NCBI GenBank assembly: GCA_016840035.1
Contig: JAEOTC010000015.1
Span: 1-18,238, forward strand
Source: Candidatus Hodarchaeota archaeon
GTDB lineage: Archaea > Asgardarchaeota > Heimdallarchaeia > Hodarchaeales > Hodarchaeaceae
Direction: 5' to 3'
DNA length: 18,238 nt
A program made the translations under genes and the position numbers. The notes below the pieces were generated by a model. The model had not been told where the DNA came from, did not search any database, and saw only the letters and a list, made by a program, of their open reading frames with translations. Below are positions 1-7,682 of the stretch, one piece after another (position 1 is the first letter of the stretch; every line of letters starts with the position of its first letter).

Positions 1-996
1 ATTGAATCAACTTGTGCGCCTGGCACAACAGATTTCATCGTTAAACCCATTTTAGAAGAAGCATCAGGATTACGGAGCGAGGAAGATTTCTACCTTGCTT
101 TTGCTTATGAAAGAGTTATGGTTGGTCGCTTGATCTATAATATTCTTCATTATCATCGTATAGTGGGAGGAGTGGGACCTAAGAGCTCAAAGAAAGCAGC
201 CCAGTTCTATGAACAGGTTTTAGAAGCTGAAATTTTTCAAACCACAGCATTGACGGCGGAAGTAACAAAAGTAGTGGAAAATACTTATCGTGATGTAAAC
301 ATTGCATTTGCAAATGAAGTAGCTCTGGTCTGTGAGTCATTGGGAGTTGATGTCTACGAGGTTCGTGGGTATGTAAACAATCTACCCTTTATTGAGGGAA
401 AAGGGAACCCTCACAGAAATATGCATATGCCAGGAGGAGGGGTTGGTGGTCATTGTCTCCCTAAAGATCCATGGTTATTGAAATATGGCTTAAATCAATA
501 TGGTAAAAAGCCAGTCCAACTCAACGTGATCGAAGCGAGTCGTTATCTTAACATAAATATGCCGAAACACATGGTAAGTCTCTTGAATGATCTTTGTCTC
601 AAAACTAATCGTAATCAAGCTGATGGTCAAAAAATCGCGGTACTTGGAGTAGCTTTCATTGAGGATGCGGATGATCCACGGAATACTCCAACGAAAGAAT
701 TGTTACGGCTTTTAGATGAAAATAATTACCAGTATTCTGTTCACGATCCATATGTTCGGCAAGAAGAAGTTGAGTTTCCTTTTTCAACAGATCTCGAAGA
801 GGTTGTTCGCGATTCAGACGCAATTATTGTCATGACTGCTCACCAAGATTATAAGGACTTGGATTTAAGCCATATTAAGTCTTTAATGAAAGAAAAGCCG
901 ATTATAATTGATGGTAGGACCACATTCGATCCCAATGAAATTCTTCAATTAGGTTTTAGTTATCGTGGAGTTGGCCGAGGGCAGTATCACCGGTAG
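1..996 (+). CDS. Nucleotide-sugar dehydrogenase, WecC/WbpA family (UDP-N-acetylhexosamine 6-dehydrogenase); 5' end lies before the window
   Basis: Frame 1 is open from base 1 (IESTCAPGTT...AFAYERVM), so ATG 118 is internal. Family motifs: ESTxxPGTT, KVVENTYRDVNIAFANE, catalytic GGHCLPKD, LGVAFxxDxDDxRNTP, HDPY, IIDGR. Confidence 0.92.
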   Translation: MESTCAPGTTDFIVKPILEEASGLRSEEDFYLAFAYERVMVGRLIYNILHYHRIVGGVGPKSSKKAAQFYEQVLEAEIFQTTALTAEVTKVVENTYRDVNIAFANEVALVCESLGVDVYEVRGYVNNLPFIEGKGNPHRNMHMPGGGVGGHCLPKDPWLLKYGLNQYGKKPVQLNVIEASRYLNINMPKHMVSLLNDLCLKTNRNQADGQKIAVLGVAFIEDADDPRNTPTKELLRLLDENNYQYSVHDPYVRQEEVEFPFSTDLEEVVRDSDAIIVMTAHQDYKDLDLSHIKSLMKEKPIIIDGRTTFDPNEILQLGFSYRGVGRGQYHR

Positions 997-1007
997 AATC
1001 AGTCTTA

Positions 1008-2375
1008 ATGAATGAGAGGAAGTGTGTTGTGGTGAAAATTGGGATCTTTGGAGCAGGATATGTTGGTTTGAGTACTGCTGTCTGTTTAGCTGAAAAATAT
1101 GACATTACTTTAATTGATATTGATCCAGAAAAAGTAGGATCGATCAACAACAATCGTTCTCCGATATTTGAAAAGGATCTCGATGATTTACTGAATTCAG
1201 CTTTAAAAAATAAAAAATTTGAAGCTAGATTGTTTTCTGATAAGTTTTCACCTTTCGATTTAATCTTTATTACTGTTGGAACGCCCTCAGAGTCAGATGG
1301 ATACATTGATCTCCAATATGTTAGAAACGTGAGTAAAGCATTATTATATCGTAAAGAGGAGTTTTTCCTGAGCAACCAACAGACACTCATAGTATTGAGG
1401 AGTACTGTCATTCCTGGCACAACCAACCAATTCTTCAAGCTTTTTGAAACAAAACGACTAGCTAGAATTGCTTTTTCTCCTGAGTTCCTTGCACAAGGCA
1501 CCGCAATTCATGATACTTTATTTCCAAGACGTATAATTCTTGGTACAAATGATAAGGAGACATCTATGACATTAAAAGAATTTTATTTTGATTTTTATAA
1601 TAAAAAGAAGATCCCATTATTTACGATGACAATTGAATCCGCAGAATTCACAAAATATATTGCAAACGCTTTTCTTGCCATGAAGATCTCGTTCGTAAAT
1701 GAGATGGCTGATTTGGTAGAGAAAGTTGCGAATGCCGAAATTGATGACATCATTCAGGGGGTTGGCTCAGATCCGCGAATCTCTCCTCATTTTCTCAGAG
1801 CTGGTATTGGATTTGGGGGTTCCTGTTTCCCTAAAGATGTACAAGCTCTTATACGGTTTGGTGAAAATATATCAGCAGAAACACCTTCTATTTTATCCTC
1901 AGTTTTAAAAGTTAATGAAAATCGACCATTTAGGTTAATAAAACTTCTTCGTGAAGAATTGGGAGACTTAAATGGTAAGAAAATAGCCATCCTTGGGCTT
2001 GCTTTTAAACCTGGTACAAATGATATTCGTGAAGCGCCAAGTTTACGAATTATTCAGGCTCTCTGGCGAGCTGGGACTTTAATTAAAGTCCATGATCCTC
2101 TAATTCCCCGAATGAATCTTCAATCCTATTCTCGTTTTAGTGTAGAAGTCCATCACAATATTTTAGATTGTGTTCGTGGTGCTGATGCCTGTTTATTACT
2201 TACTGAATGGTCTGAATATGCTGAGACTAATCTTGAAGATCTTACAAAGGAAATGAATAAAAAAATCATTATTGACGGACGACGGATTTTTCTCAAAACT
2301 AATATTCCAACTAATGTCCGTTATATTACAATCGGAAACCCTCATAATCGATTTACGCCCATCAATCACACCTAA
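1008..2375 (+). CDS. ugd: UDP-glucose 6-dehydrogenase (UDP-glucose/GDP-mannose dehydrogenase family); real start probably GTG at 1029 or 1032
   Basis: Rossmann GAGYVG, VGTP, RSTVxPGT, SPEFLxQG, AEFTKYxANAFLAMKISFVNE, DPRI, catalytic GFGGSCFPKD, LGLAFKPGTNDIREAP, TEW, DGRR. GAGAGGA at 1014-1020 precedes GTG-GTG-AAA-ATT-GGG. Confidence 0.92.
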   Translation: MNERKCVVVKIGIFGAGYVGLSTAVCLAEKYDITLIDIDPEKVGSINNNRSPIFEKDLDDLLNSALKNKKFEARLFSDKFSPFDLIFITVGTPSESDGYIDLQYVRNVSKALLYRKEEFFLSNQQTLIVLRSTVIPGTTNQFFKLFETKRLARIAFSPEFLAQGTAIHDTLFPRRIILGTNDKETSMTLKEFYFDFYNKKKIPLFTMTIESAEFTKYIANAFLAMKISFVNEMADLVEKVANAEIDDIIQGVGSDPRISPHFLRAGIGFGGSCFPKDVQALIRFGENISAETPSILSSVLKVNENRPFRLIKLLREELGDLNGKKIAILGLAFKPGTNDIREAPSLRIIQALWRAGTLIKVHDPLIPRMNLQSYSRFSVEVHHNILDCVRGADACLLLTEWSEYAETNLEDLTKEMNKKIIIDGRRIFLKTNIPTNVRYITIGNPHNRFTPINHT

Positions 2376-2539
2376 AAAGATTCATTGCTTTGAATTATTC
2401 TAAAAAGGCACATTTATTTGCTTTGTTTTATTTCAACAAGCTTTTTCTTCTTCTTGTTAGGAGTTTTTTGTCAAGCTATAATCAACCTACTGAGCATTAC
2501 AACTGACTAGAGTGGGTACACAATATACATTGACCAAAA

Positions 2540-3901
2540 ATGGCTATTAAAATGGTTACAAACGTAGTAGTTATTGGAATGGGTTACGTAGGTATTCCTT
2601 GCGCTGCTCTTCTTGCAGATGTTGATGGTTTCCAAGTCACTGGCCTCCAGAGAAGATCTAAACGGTCAGGTTGGAAGATAGATGTGCTTAATAGTGGACA
2701 ATCTCCTTTCAAAGGGAAAGAACCTGGTCTTGATGAGCTGATAGCTCGAGTTGTAGCGAAGGGTACTTTTAGAGTTACAGATGATTTGGATGTTCTTAGC
2801 AAAGCTGAAATAATCCTAATTGATGTTCAGACTCCCACTGATGTCCAAAATATGCCACAGTATGAATCATTACGAGAGGTTAGTCGAAACACAGGTCAAA
2901 GAATCAAAAGAGGAGCTTTGGTGATCGTAGAATCCACGGTAGCCCCTGGTACTACTCAATACATAGTGCAGAAAATAATTGAGAAAGAATCTGGACTTCA
3001 AGGGGGAAAAGATTTCGATTTAGCTTTCTCATATGAACGAGTTATGCCTGGCAAATTAATCGAATTTCTTGTGAATATCCCGCGAGTAGTAGGTGGTATC
3101 ACCCCACAAAGTACTGAAAGGGCTGTTGACCTCTATTCCAAGATTGTGAAGAAAAAAATTTATACTACGGACACTTTATCAGCGGAACTGGCAAAAACAA
3201 TCGAGAATGCATACCGTGATGTTAATATTGCTTTTGCAAACGAAATGGCACTTGTGTGTGAGAGTTTAGGTGTAAATATTTTTGCGATTATTGAATTAAT
3301 CAATGCACGTGACGATCGACACATGCATACTCCTGGTGCTGGTGTGGGGGGTCACTGTTTACCAAAAGATCCTTGGCTACTTCGCCATGGACTTTATGAA
3401 CACGGTTCCTGGAAAATTGAACCTGAAATCATCTCTCTTGCACGACGACTTAACAATTATATGCCGATTCATATGTCAAATTTGGTAGAAAATGCCTTGT
3501 TGGCTCGTGGAGTGAATATTAATGAGTCTACAGTGACAGTGTTAGGTGTGGCTTATCTGGAAAACTCAGATGATACAAGAAATACTCCTGCCATGCCATT
3601 GATAAATACACTACAATCCAAAGGATCAACGGTCAGAATTCATGATCCATATGTTCAAGAATCGGATTTTGAATATATGAAGATTGAACAAGACATTTTT
3701 AAAGCAGCTGATGGCTCTGATTGCTTGGTTTTAGTCACTAAACACACAAATTATTACAATTTAAATCTGGATAAAGTGAAGAGCGTGATGCGAACACCTA
3801 TAATTGTGGATGGTCGAAATGTTTTTGATCAAGAAGTTGTGATGGCTAAAGGTTTTGAGTACAGGTGTATTGGTAAAAAAGGAGCTCAATCCACAATTTG
3901 A
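2540..3901 (+). CDS. Nucleotide-sugar dehydrogenase, WecC/WbpA family (second paralog)
   Basis: GMGYVG, VQTP, ESTVAPGTT, YERVMPG, KTIENAYRDVNIAFANE, GVGGHCLPKD, DDTRNTP, HDPY, VDGRN; full length, 453 aa. Confidence 0.93.
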   Translation: MAIKMVTNVVVIGMGYVGIPCAALLADVDGFQVTGLQRRSKRSGWKIDVLNSGQSPFKGKEPGLDELIARVVAKGTFRVTDDLDVLSKAEIILIDVQTPTDVQNMPQYESLREVSRNTGQRIKRGALVIVESTVAPGTTQYIVQKIIEKESGLQGGKDFDLAFSYERVMPGKLIEFLVNIPRVVGGITPQSTERAVDLYSKIVKKKIYTTDTLSAELAKTIENAYRDVNIAFANEMALVCESLGVNIFAIIELINARDDRHMHTPGAGVGGHCLPKDPWLLRHGLYEHGSWKIEPEIISLARRLNNYMPIHMSNLVENALLARGVNINESTVTVLGVAYLENSDDTRNTPAMPLINTLQSKGSTVRIHDPYVQESDFEYMKIEQDIFKAADGSDCLVLVTKHTNYYNLNLDKVKSVMRTPIIVDGRNVFDQEVVMAKGFEYRCIGKKGAQSTI

Positions 3902-3915
3902 ACTAAATTTTCATC

Positions 3916-3944
3916 CTACTGACATCAGATAGTTTCTGAAGTAG
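3916..3944 (+). terminator. Possible stem-loop just after the stop of 2540..3901
   Basis: CTACT-gaca-TCAGA-tagtt-TCTGA-AGTAG: two 5-bp stems with a bulge. There is no downstream U-tract, so terminator function is unproven. Confidence 0.25.
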
Positions 3945-3962
3945 AGTCTAATTCTCCTGATT

Positions 3963-4274
3963 GGAGATGGTAATAAAATTGGGGAAACAAACATCGCGAC
4001 ATTAAAGACTCCATTTATAAAAGTATGAAAGCCTTATTCCCGTTTCAATGTAGATGTGCATCCTAAAGTGGCTGATTGTGTTCGCGATACTGATGCTTGT
4101 TTAATACTCACGGAATATATTGAGAGCAATCTTGAAGACCTTACAAAGGAAATGAAAACTAAAATTATTATTGATGGCCGAAGAATCTTTATTAAAGATG
4201 CAATCCCTCCTGATGTCCGCTATATCACAATTGGAAGCCCTTTTAACCGATTTACGCCTGTTAATCACACTTAG
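3963..4274 (+). pseudogene. Remnant of a second UDP-glucose 6-dehydrogenase gene (C-terminal ~80 codons clear; traces of RBS/start upstream)
   Basis: 4035-4271 (YSRFNVDVH...NRFTPVNHT) aligns with the C-terminus of 1008..2375, about 58 of 79 residues identical by manual count. It has a 9-nt in-frame deletion (TEWSEY to TEY) and an in-frame TGA at 4026-4028. The 5' boundary at 3963 is weaker inference. Confidence 0.88.
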
Positions 4275-4298
4275 AGTATACTTTCCCATCCAATTTGA

Positions 4299-4985
4299 TT
4301 AGACTTTAACTGCATCAAAAAATAAGAATTGTTTAAACCTTTCTTTCCTTTTAAACAATTTGTCAAGAATTTTTCCAATACCTTTCCACCGTGGAAATAT
4401 CCAATTATCAGGCCAACCTTTATACCACAAGATTTTAAATCCACACAAATCAAACAAAGTTTTCCATTGAGCTAAATCGAAGGAATTGATATGTCTACTT
4501 ATTGTCTCACCTTTTGCGATATGTAAGGGATATACAATTCGTACCATATGATGAGAGTTAGGAGTACTTATAATTGCTTTCCCTTTAGGCTTTAATATCC
4601 TATTAATTTCATTAAGGGCTTGAAATGGGCTTTCTACATGTTCAATCACTTCAGTCGAAATTACACAATCGAAAGTTTCATCATTAAACATTTCCATATT
4701 TTCCGCATGTCCTTGGTATGCGGGACATCCTGACTTCTTTTTAGCTCTCTCTACAAAAGATTGGGCTATATCAATTCCGACAGCTTCATAACCCATGGTT
4801 TTCAGTAGCAGAAGTAGTTTACCATCAGCACAACCCAGATCTAGTATTTTACCCGAGTTTGGTAACCTTGTTTTAAAAACCTTAAAATATTCATAGTGAG
4901 CAACATATGAAATTCCCATTTTTTGATAAAAACTTACTGTATCTAAATTCATATACTGTGAGTTCCTTTCATCATTAGGAATCAT
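4299..4985 (-). CDS. Class I SAM-dependent methyltransferase (Methyltransf_11/23-like), probably glycan-modifying
   Basis: Motif I ILDLGCADG, VGIDI, FDCVISTEVIEHV, RILKPKG, ISTPN; located in a glycan locus. Confidence 0.9.
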   Translation of the reverse strand: MIPNDERNSQYMNLDTVSFYQKMGISYVAHYEYFKVFKTRLPNSGKILDLGCADGKLLLLLKTMGYEAVGIDIAQSFVERAKKKSGCPAYQGHAENMEMFNDETFDCVISTEVIEHVESPFQALNEINRILKPKGKAIISTPNSHHMVRIVYPLHIAKGETISRHINSFDLAQWKTLFDLCGFKILWYKGWPDNWIFPRWKGIGKILDKLFKRKERFKQFLFFDAVKV

Positions 4986-5006
4986 TAATTGATTCGTTGG
5001 TTATCC

Positions 5007-5026
5007 TTAGAAATTAAACTTTCTAA
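5007..5026 (-). promoter_or_regulatory. Candidate archaeal BRE/TATA element inside a palindrome, upstream of the methyltransferase
   Basis: Minus strand reads GAAAG-TTTAAT about 30 nt before ATG 4985; it lies within the inverted repeat TTAGAAA-N6-TTTCTAA. The AT-rich background weakens this call. Confidence 0.35.
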
Positions 5027-5094
5027 TATATCTAATTATATTTAAAGAAAGTATCATATTACAAATCAAATCTTGAAATGAGAATAATTATCCA

Positions 5095-5386
5095 TCAATT
5101 CAAAACTTTAGCTGGATAGAAACTGAAGATACCCGTGAAACCAAAAGAACCTGCTTTCTTGCCTTTGAACGCTGCTCCTAGAGCTTGAGCTGCATCTTCG
5201 ATCACACGGAGATCATGTTTTTCTGCTATTTCCATGATCCTTTCCATATCGCAAATCCGTCCATTTAGATGTACGGGTATGATGGTTTTGGTTTTAGGGG
5301 TAATAGCCTTTTCTATCCAATTCAGATTTCAATCGCTGATAATATTCAGGATAATTAACAAATCGAACTTTATAATTGTACGTCAT
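5095..5386 (-). pseudogene. DegT/DnrJ/EryC1/StrS PLP-dependent sugar aminotransferase pseudogene (internal deletion, frameshift, C-terminal truncation); absent from the ORF track
   Basis: RBS GAGGAG (5393-5398) and ATG 5386 give MTYNYKVRFVNYPEYYQRLKSELD. In another frame from 5316: IEKAITPKTKTIIPVHLNGRICDMERIMEIAEKHDLRVIEDAAQALGAAFKGKKAGSFGFTGIFSFYPAKVLN-stop (5095-5097). PVH, EDAAQ and SFYPxK (PLP lysine) are family signatures. Confidence 0.92.
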
Positions 5387-5526
5387 CCTAGTCTCCTCTA
5401 GTCTTGTTATCTGCTTGTATGAGGGTTATTTTTCTTCCTTATTGTCTGCTAATTAACTTTACTGAATTCCTGCGAGAAAATCCTTCATTTTTGTATAAAA
5501 ATCAATTATTGTAAGTATCATTCACT

Positions 5527-5575
5527 TCTCTTAAAAGAATCGATTCATGGTTAAATGATCTCTATTAAAAGAATC
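5527..5575. repeat. Imperfect 15-bp direct repeat, 34 bp apart
   Basis: TCTCTTAAAAGAATC (5527-5541) and TCTATTAAAAGAATC (5561-5575), one mismatch. Confidence 0.5.
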
Positions 5576-5591
5576 CTCATATCTCTGCACT

Positions 5592-7070
5592 TCATTCTAA
5601 TTCTAAATGATTCAATTTCCCTTTAAAAAAGACAAATTTAATAAAATTGTAGTCTTGTGCCGTGATTACCTTTAATAATAAAATTCCGCCAGTATAGAAA
5701 ATTGCTGAGAGTAGCAACGAAAGTTCAAAATGAATTCTAACTGAATTATAAAGAAAAAAAGCCAAGGAAAAAGTAATTATCGCTAAAAATATTATTCTTA
5801 CAAAAGGTGATTTTTGGTACTCAATTTTGTAAAGATTCTGAGATACCAAGAATTCACCAAATAATAAAGTTACATGGTAAAAGAATAAAGTAATCGCTAA
5901 TCCTACCATCCCCATTTCTGGAATCAAAATCAATCCGATAATAATCTTTGGAATTACAGTTATCACTCTAACAAGAGCTATCTGATTTGATTTTGCTGTA
6001 ATTAAGTAACCAAAAGAAGTCATACGCCTACCAGTCTGAATCAAATTTGTAGCTGAAAGAAAAAGAACAATAATTGTTCCTAACAGATATTCCTTGGTTG
6101 ATAATAATACAATTAAAAATGGTGAAAAAGCGTAAATTACTAATAAAAGTAATATTGCAAATGTTATGTAAATCTTTGAGGTTTGATTGACAAAATAATT
6201 AAGATACTTGTATCTCCCTCCTTCGTAATATTTAATGACAAGGGGACTATAGGTTGTTGAAATCACTTGCTGGATCAACTGGATCAAGTTTGCAATTGAT
6301 AATCCAATAATGTAGACTGCTACTTCTTCGGGGTAATAATAATAAAGAAAAGTCAAGAGAAAGAATTGACTGAATGTTTCTAGTTGGCCCGTTATCACCA
6401 GTGGTCCTGCAAACTTGAGTGAGTCCTTGAACAATGTGAAAGAAAAACCACTGAATCCTGTTGTTTTTAACAATCTGAATAAAAATGGAAGCATAATCAA
6501 TCCATTTGCAGTAATATTGGCAAAAATCAAAAAAAAACTTCCTAATGATCCTTCCAAAACTTGAAAAGCAGTGAAACCTAATAGAAGGAATGAAGGACAT
6601 GCTGTTAAGCAAAAAAATCCAATTGAATCAAACCTACTATAAGCTACGACTATCAGAAAAGCAATGATTAATTGTATATTGCTCGAAACTACAATAAGTA
6701 TAAGTAAATAAATATAATTGCTATCCTGAAAAAGTACGAGACCAATATGGGCTCCAATAAATAGAAAACACAGAATTATTGTCTGAAATGCATTAGTATA
6801 TATCAGGGTTGTTGATAATAATTTTTTAGCTTCTTTTTTTGCATTTCTACTATCAAAACGTACAAGATACCGCATCAGCGATGTACTCATCCCCAACGCT
6901 GAAATACCAGTTATCATGGCAACTGAATTAATAACGATCAAGTAAATTGAGAATTCAGTTTGTGGTAGTACTACCGTAACAATTTTGTTAAAAGTCATGT
7001 TGGAAAGTTTCACCAGAACAAAGCCTACAACCAATATATAGAGAAACTTCCTTGGTTTTGACATTTTCAT
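5592..7070 (-). CDS. Oligosaccharide/polysaccharide flippase (Wzx/MOP superfamily)
   Basis: 492 aa with about 12-14 hydrophobic segments; Wzx-like features LGMSTSLMRY, KDSLKFAGPL, EVAVYxxG, LILIPxMGMVGLA; RBS GGAGA upstream. Confidence 0.88.
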   Translation of the reverse strand: MKMSKPRKFLYILVVGFVLVKLSNMTFNKIVTVVLPQTEFSIYLIVINSVAMITGISALGMSTSLMRYLVRFDSRNAKKEAKKLLSTTLIYTNAFQTIILCFLFIGAHIGLVLFQDSNYIYLLILIVVSSNIQLIIAFLIVVAYSRFDSIGFFCLTACPSFLLLGFTAFQVLEGSLGSFFLIFANITANGLIMLPFLFRLLKTTGFSGFSFTLFKDSLKFAGPLVITGQLETFSQFFLLTFLYYYYPEEVAVYIIGLSIANLIQLIQQVISTTYSPLVIKYYEGGRYKYLNYFVNQTSKIYITFAILLLLVIYAFSPFLIVLLSTKEYLLGTIIVLFLSATNLIQTGRRMTSFGYLITAKSNQIALVRVITVIPKIIIGLILIPEMGMVGLAITLFFYHVTLLFGEFLVSQNLYKIEYQKSPFVRIIFLAIITFSLAFFLYNSVRIHFELSLLLSAIFYTGGILLLKVITAQDYNFIKFVFFKGKLNHLELE

Positions 7071-7085
7071 GATTTTTATTTCTCC

Positions 7086-7522
7086 TTACCGATCTTCTTT
7101 TACTAATAATTCGGTATGGTACCTGAACAGGGTAGGATCTCTTATTAGTCATTATAAATCCTAGAAAAATACTGTTGGTTAGCTTTAGTATCAACTAAAA
7201 TAAGATCTGCCAACTCGAACAGGGATTGTTCTAAAAATCTACTTCGTTTTTCTCTCTTTGATTTTGGCTTAATTTTTCCCTCATCTAAGTAAGCTTCTAT
7301 GATTGAGTAATAACATTCATAAATCAAAGGTTTTTTCATTTTTTTTATTTTTATTGCAAGAGACAGAAGATCTACATTAATAGGAGACCAAAGAACTAAA
7401 ATATCACCGTCTAGGTTTTCTTGGGAGACTTTATGTCCTAATTCTGAAAGAATTTGCTTGTAATAATTGAATCGTGGAGTTGCAGCCCCACCGCTTCGGG
7501 TCTTAAAGAAAGATATCTCCAT
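7086..7522 (-). pseudogene. Truncated / internally deleted GT4-like glycosyltransferase
   Basis: RBS GAGGTGA and ATG 7522 give only a GT-B N-terminal half (ELGHKV, KPLIYE, EQSLFELADLILVDT...YF), which stops at 7145. A further in-frame-looking piece at 7139-7086 reads DPTLFRYHTELLVKEDR-stop and ends at the flippase RBS. The nucleotide-binding domain is missing. Confidence 0.72.
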
Positions 7523-7682
7523 TAATTCACCTCTAATTCATCACTGACGCAATTAAGAGTAATGTTTATCTTTAATTTCTTACTTCTAAAACCAATTCAT
7601 ACAGTATTATTAAAAAGGTTATTTTTATAACTTTTAAAGTTATATTGGTAGTATTTACATATATCTTTTATTCCTATTTTGA

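Noticed and set aside
2376-2470. T-rich tract with AACAAG...CTTGTT inverted repeat after ugd
   Set aside because: Compatible with an ordinary oligo-T terminator but too low in complexity to call.
956-3488. Small ORFs 956..1501(-), 1726..1908(+), 1787..1990(-), 2584..2802(-), 3303..3488(+)
   Set aside because: Antisense or alternate-frame shadows of well-supported dehydrogenase genes, with no motifs.
5096-5324. CAATTCA at both ends of the central DegT fragment, as a possible target-site duplication
   Set aside because: The right-hand copy lies inside the gene's own N-terminal codons (SELD), so the fragment is explained by deletion, not insertion; 7 bp in AT-rich DNA is expected by chance.
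6529-6537. A9 run in the flippase (and other 8-base A/T runs) as phase-variation tracts
   Set aside because: The frames are intact and such runs are common at this AT content; there are no long G/C tracts.
4101-7194. ORFs 4101..4289, 4271..4453, 6247..6612, 6988..7194
   Set aside because: They overlap the ugd remnant, methyltransferase or flippase in other frames and have no recognisable features.
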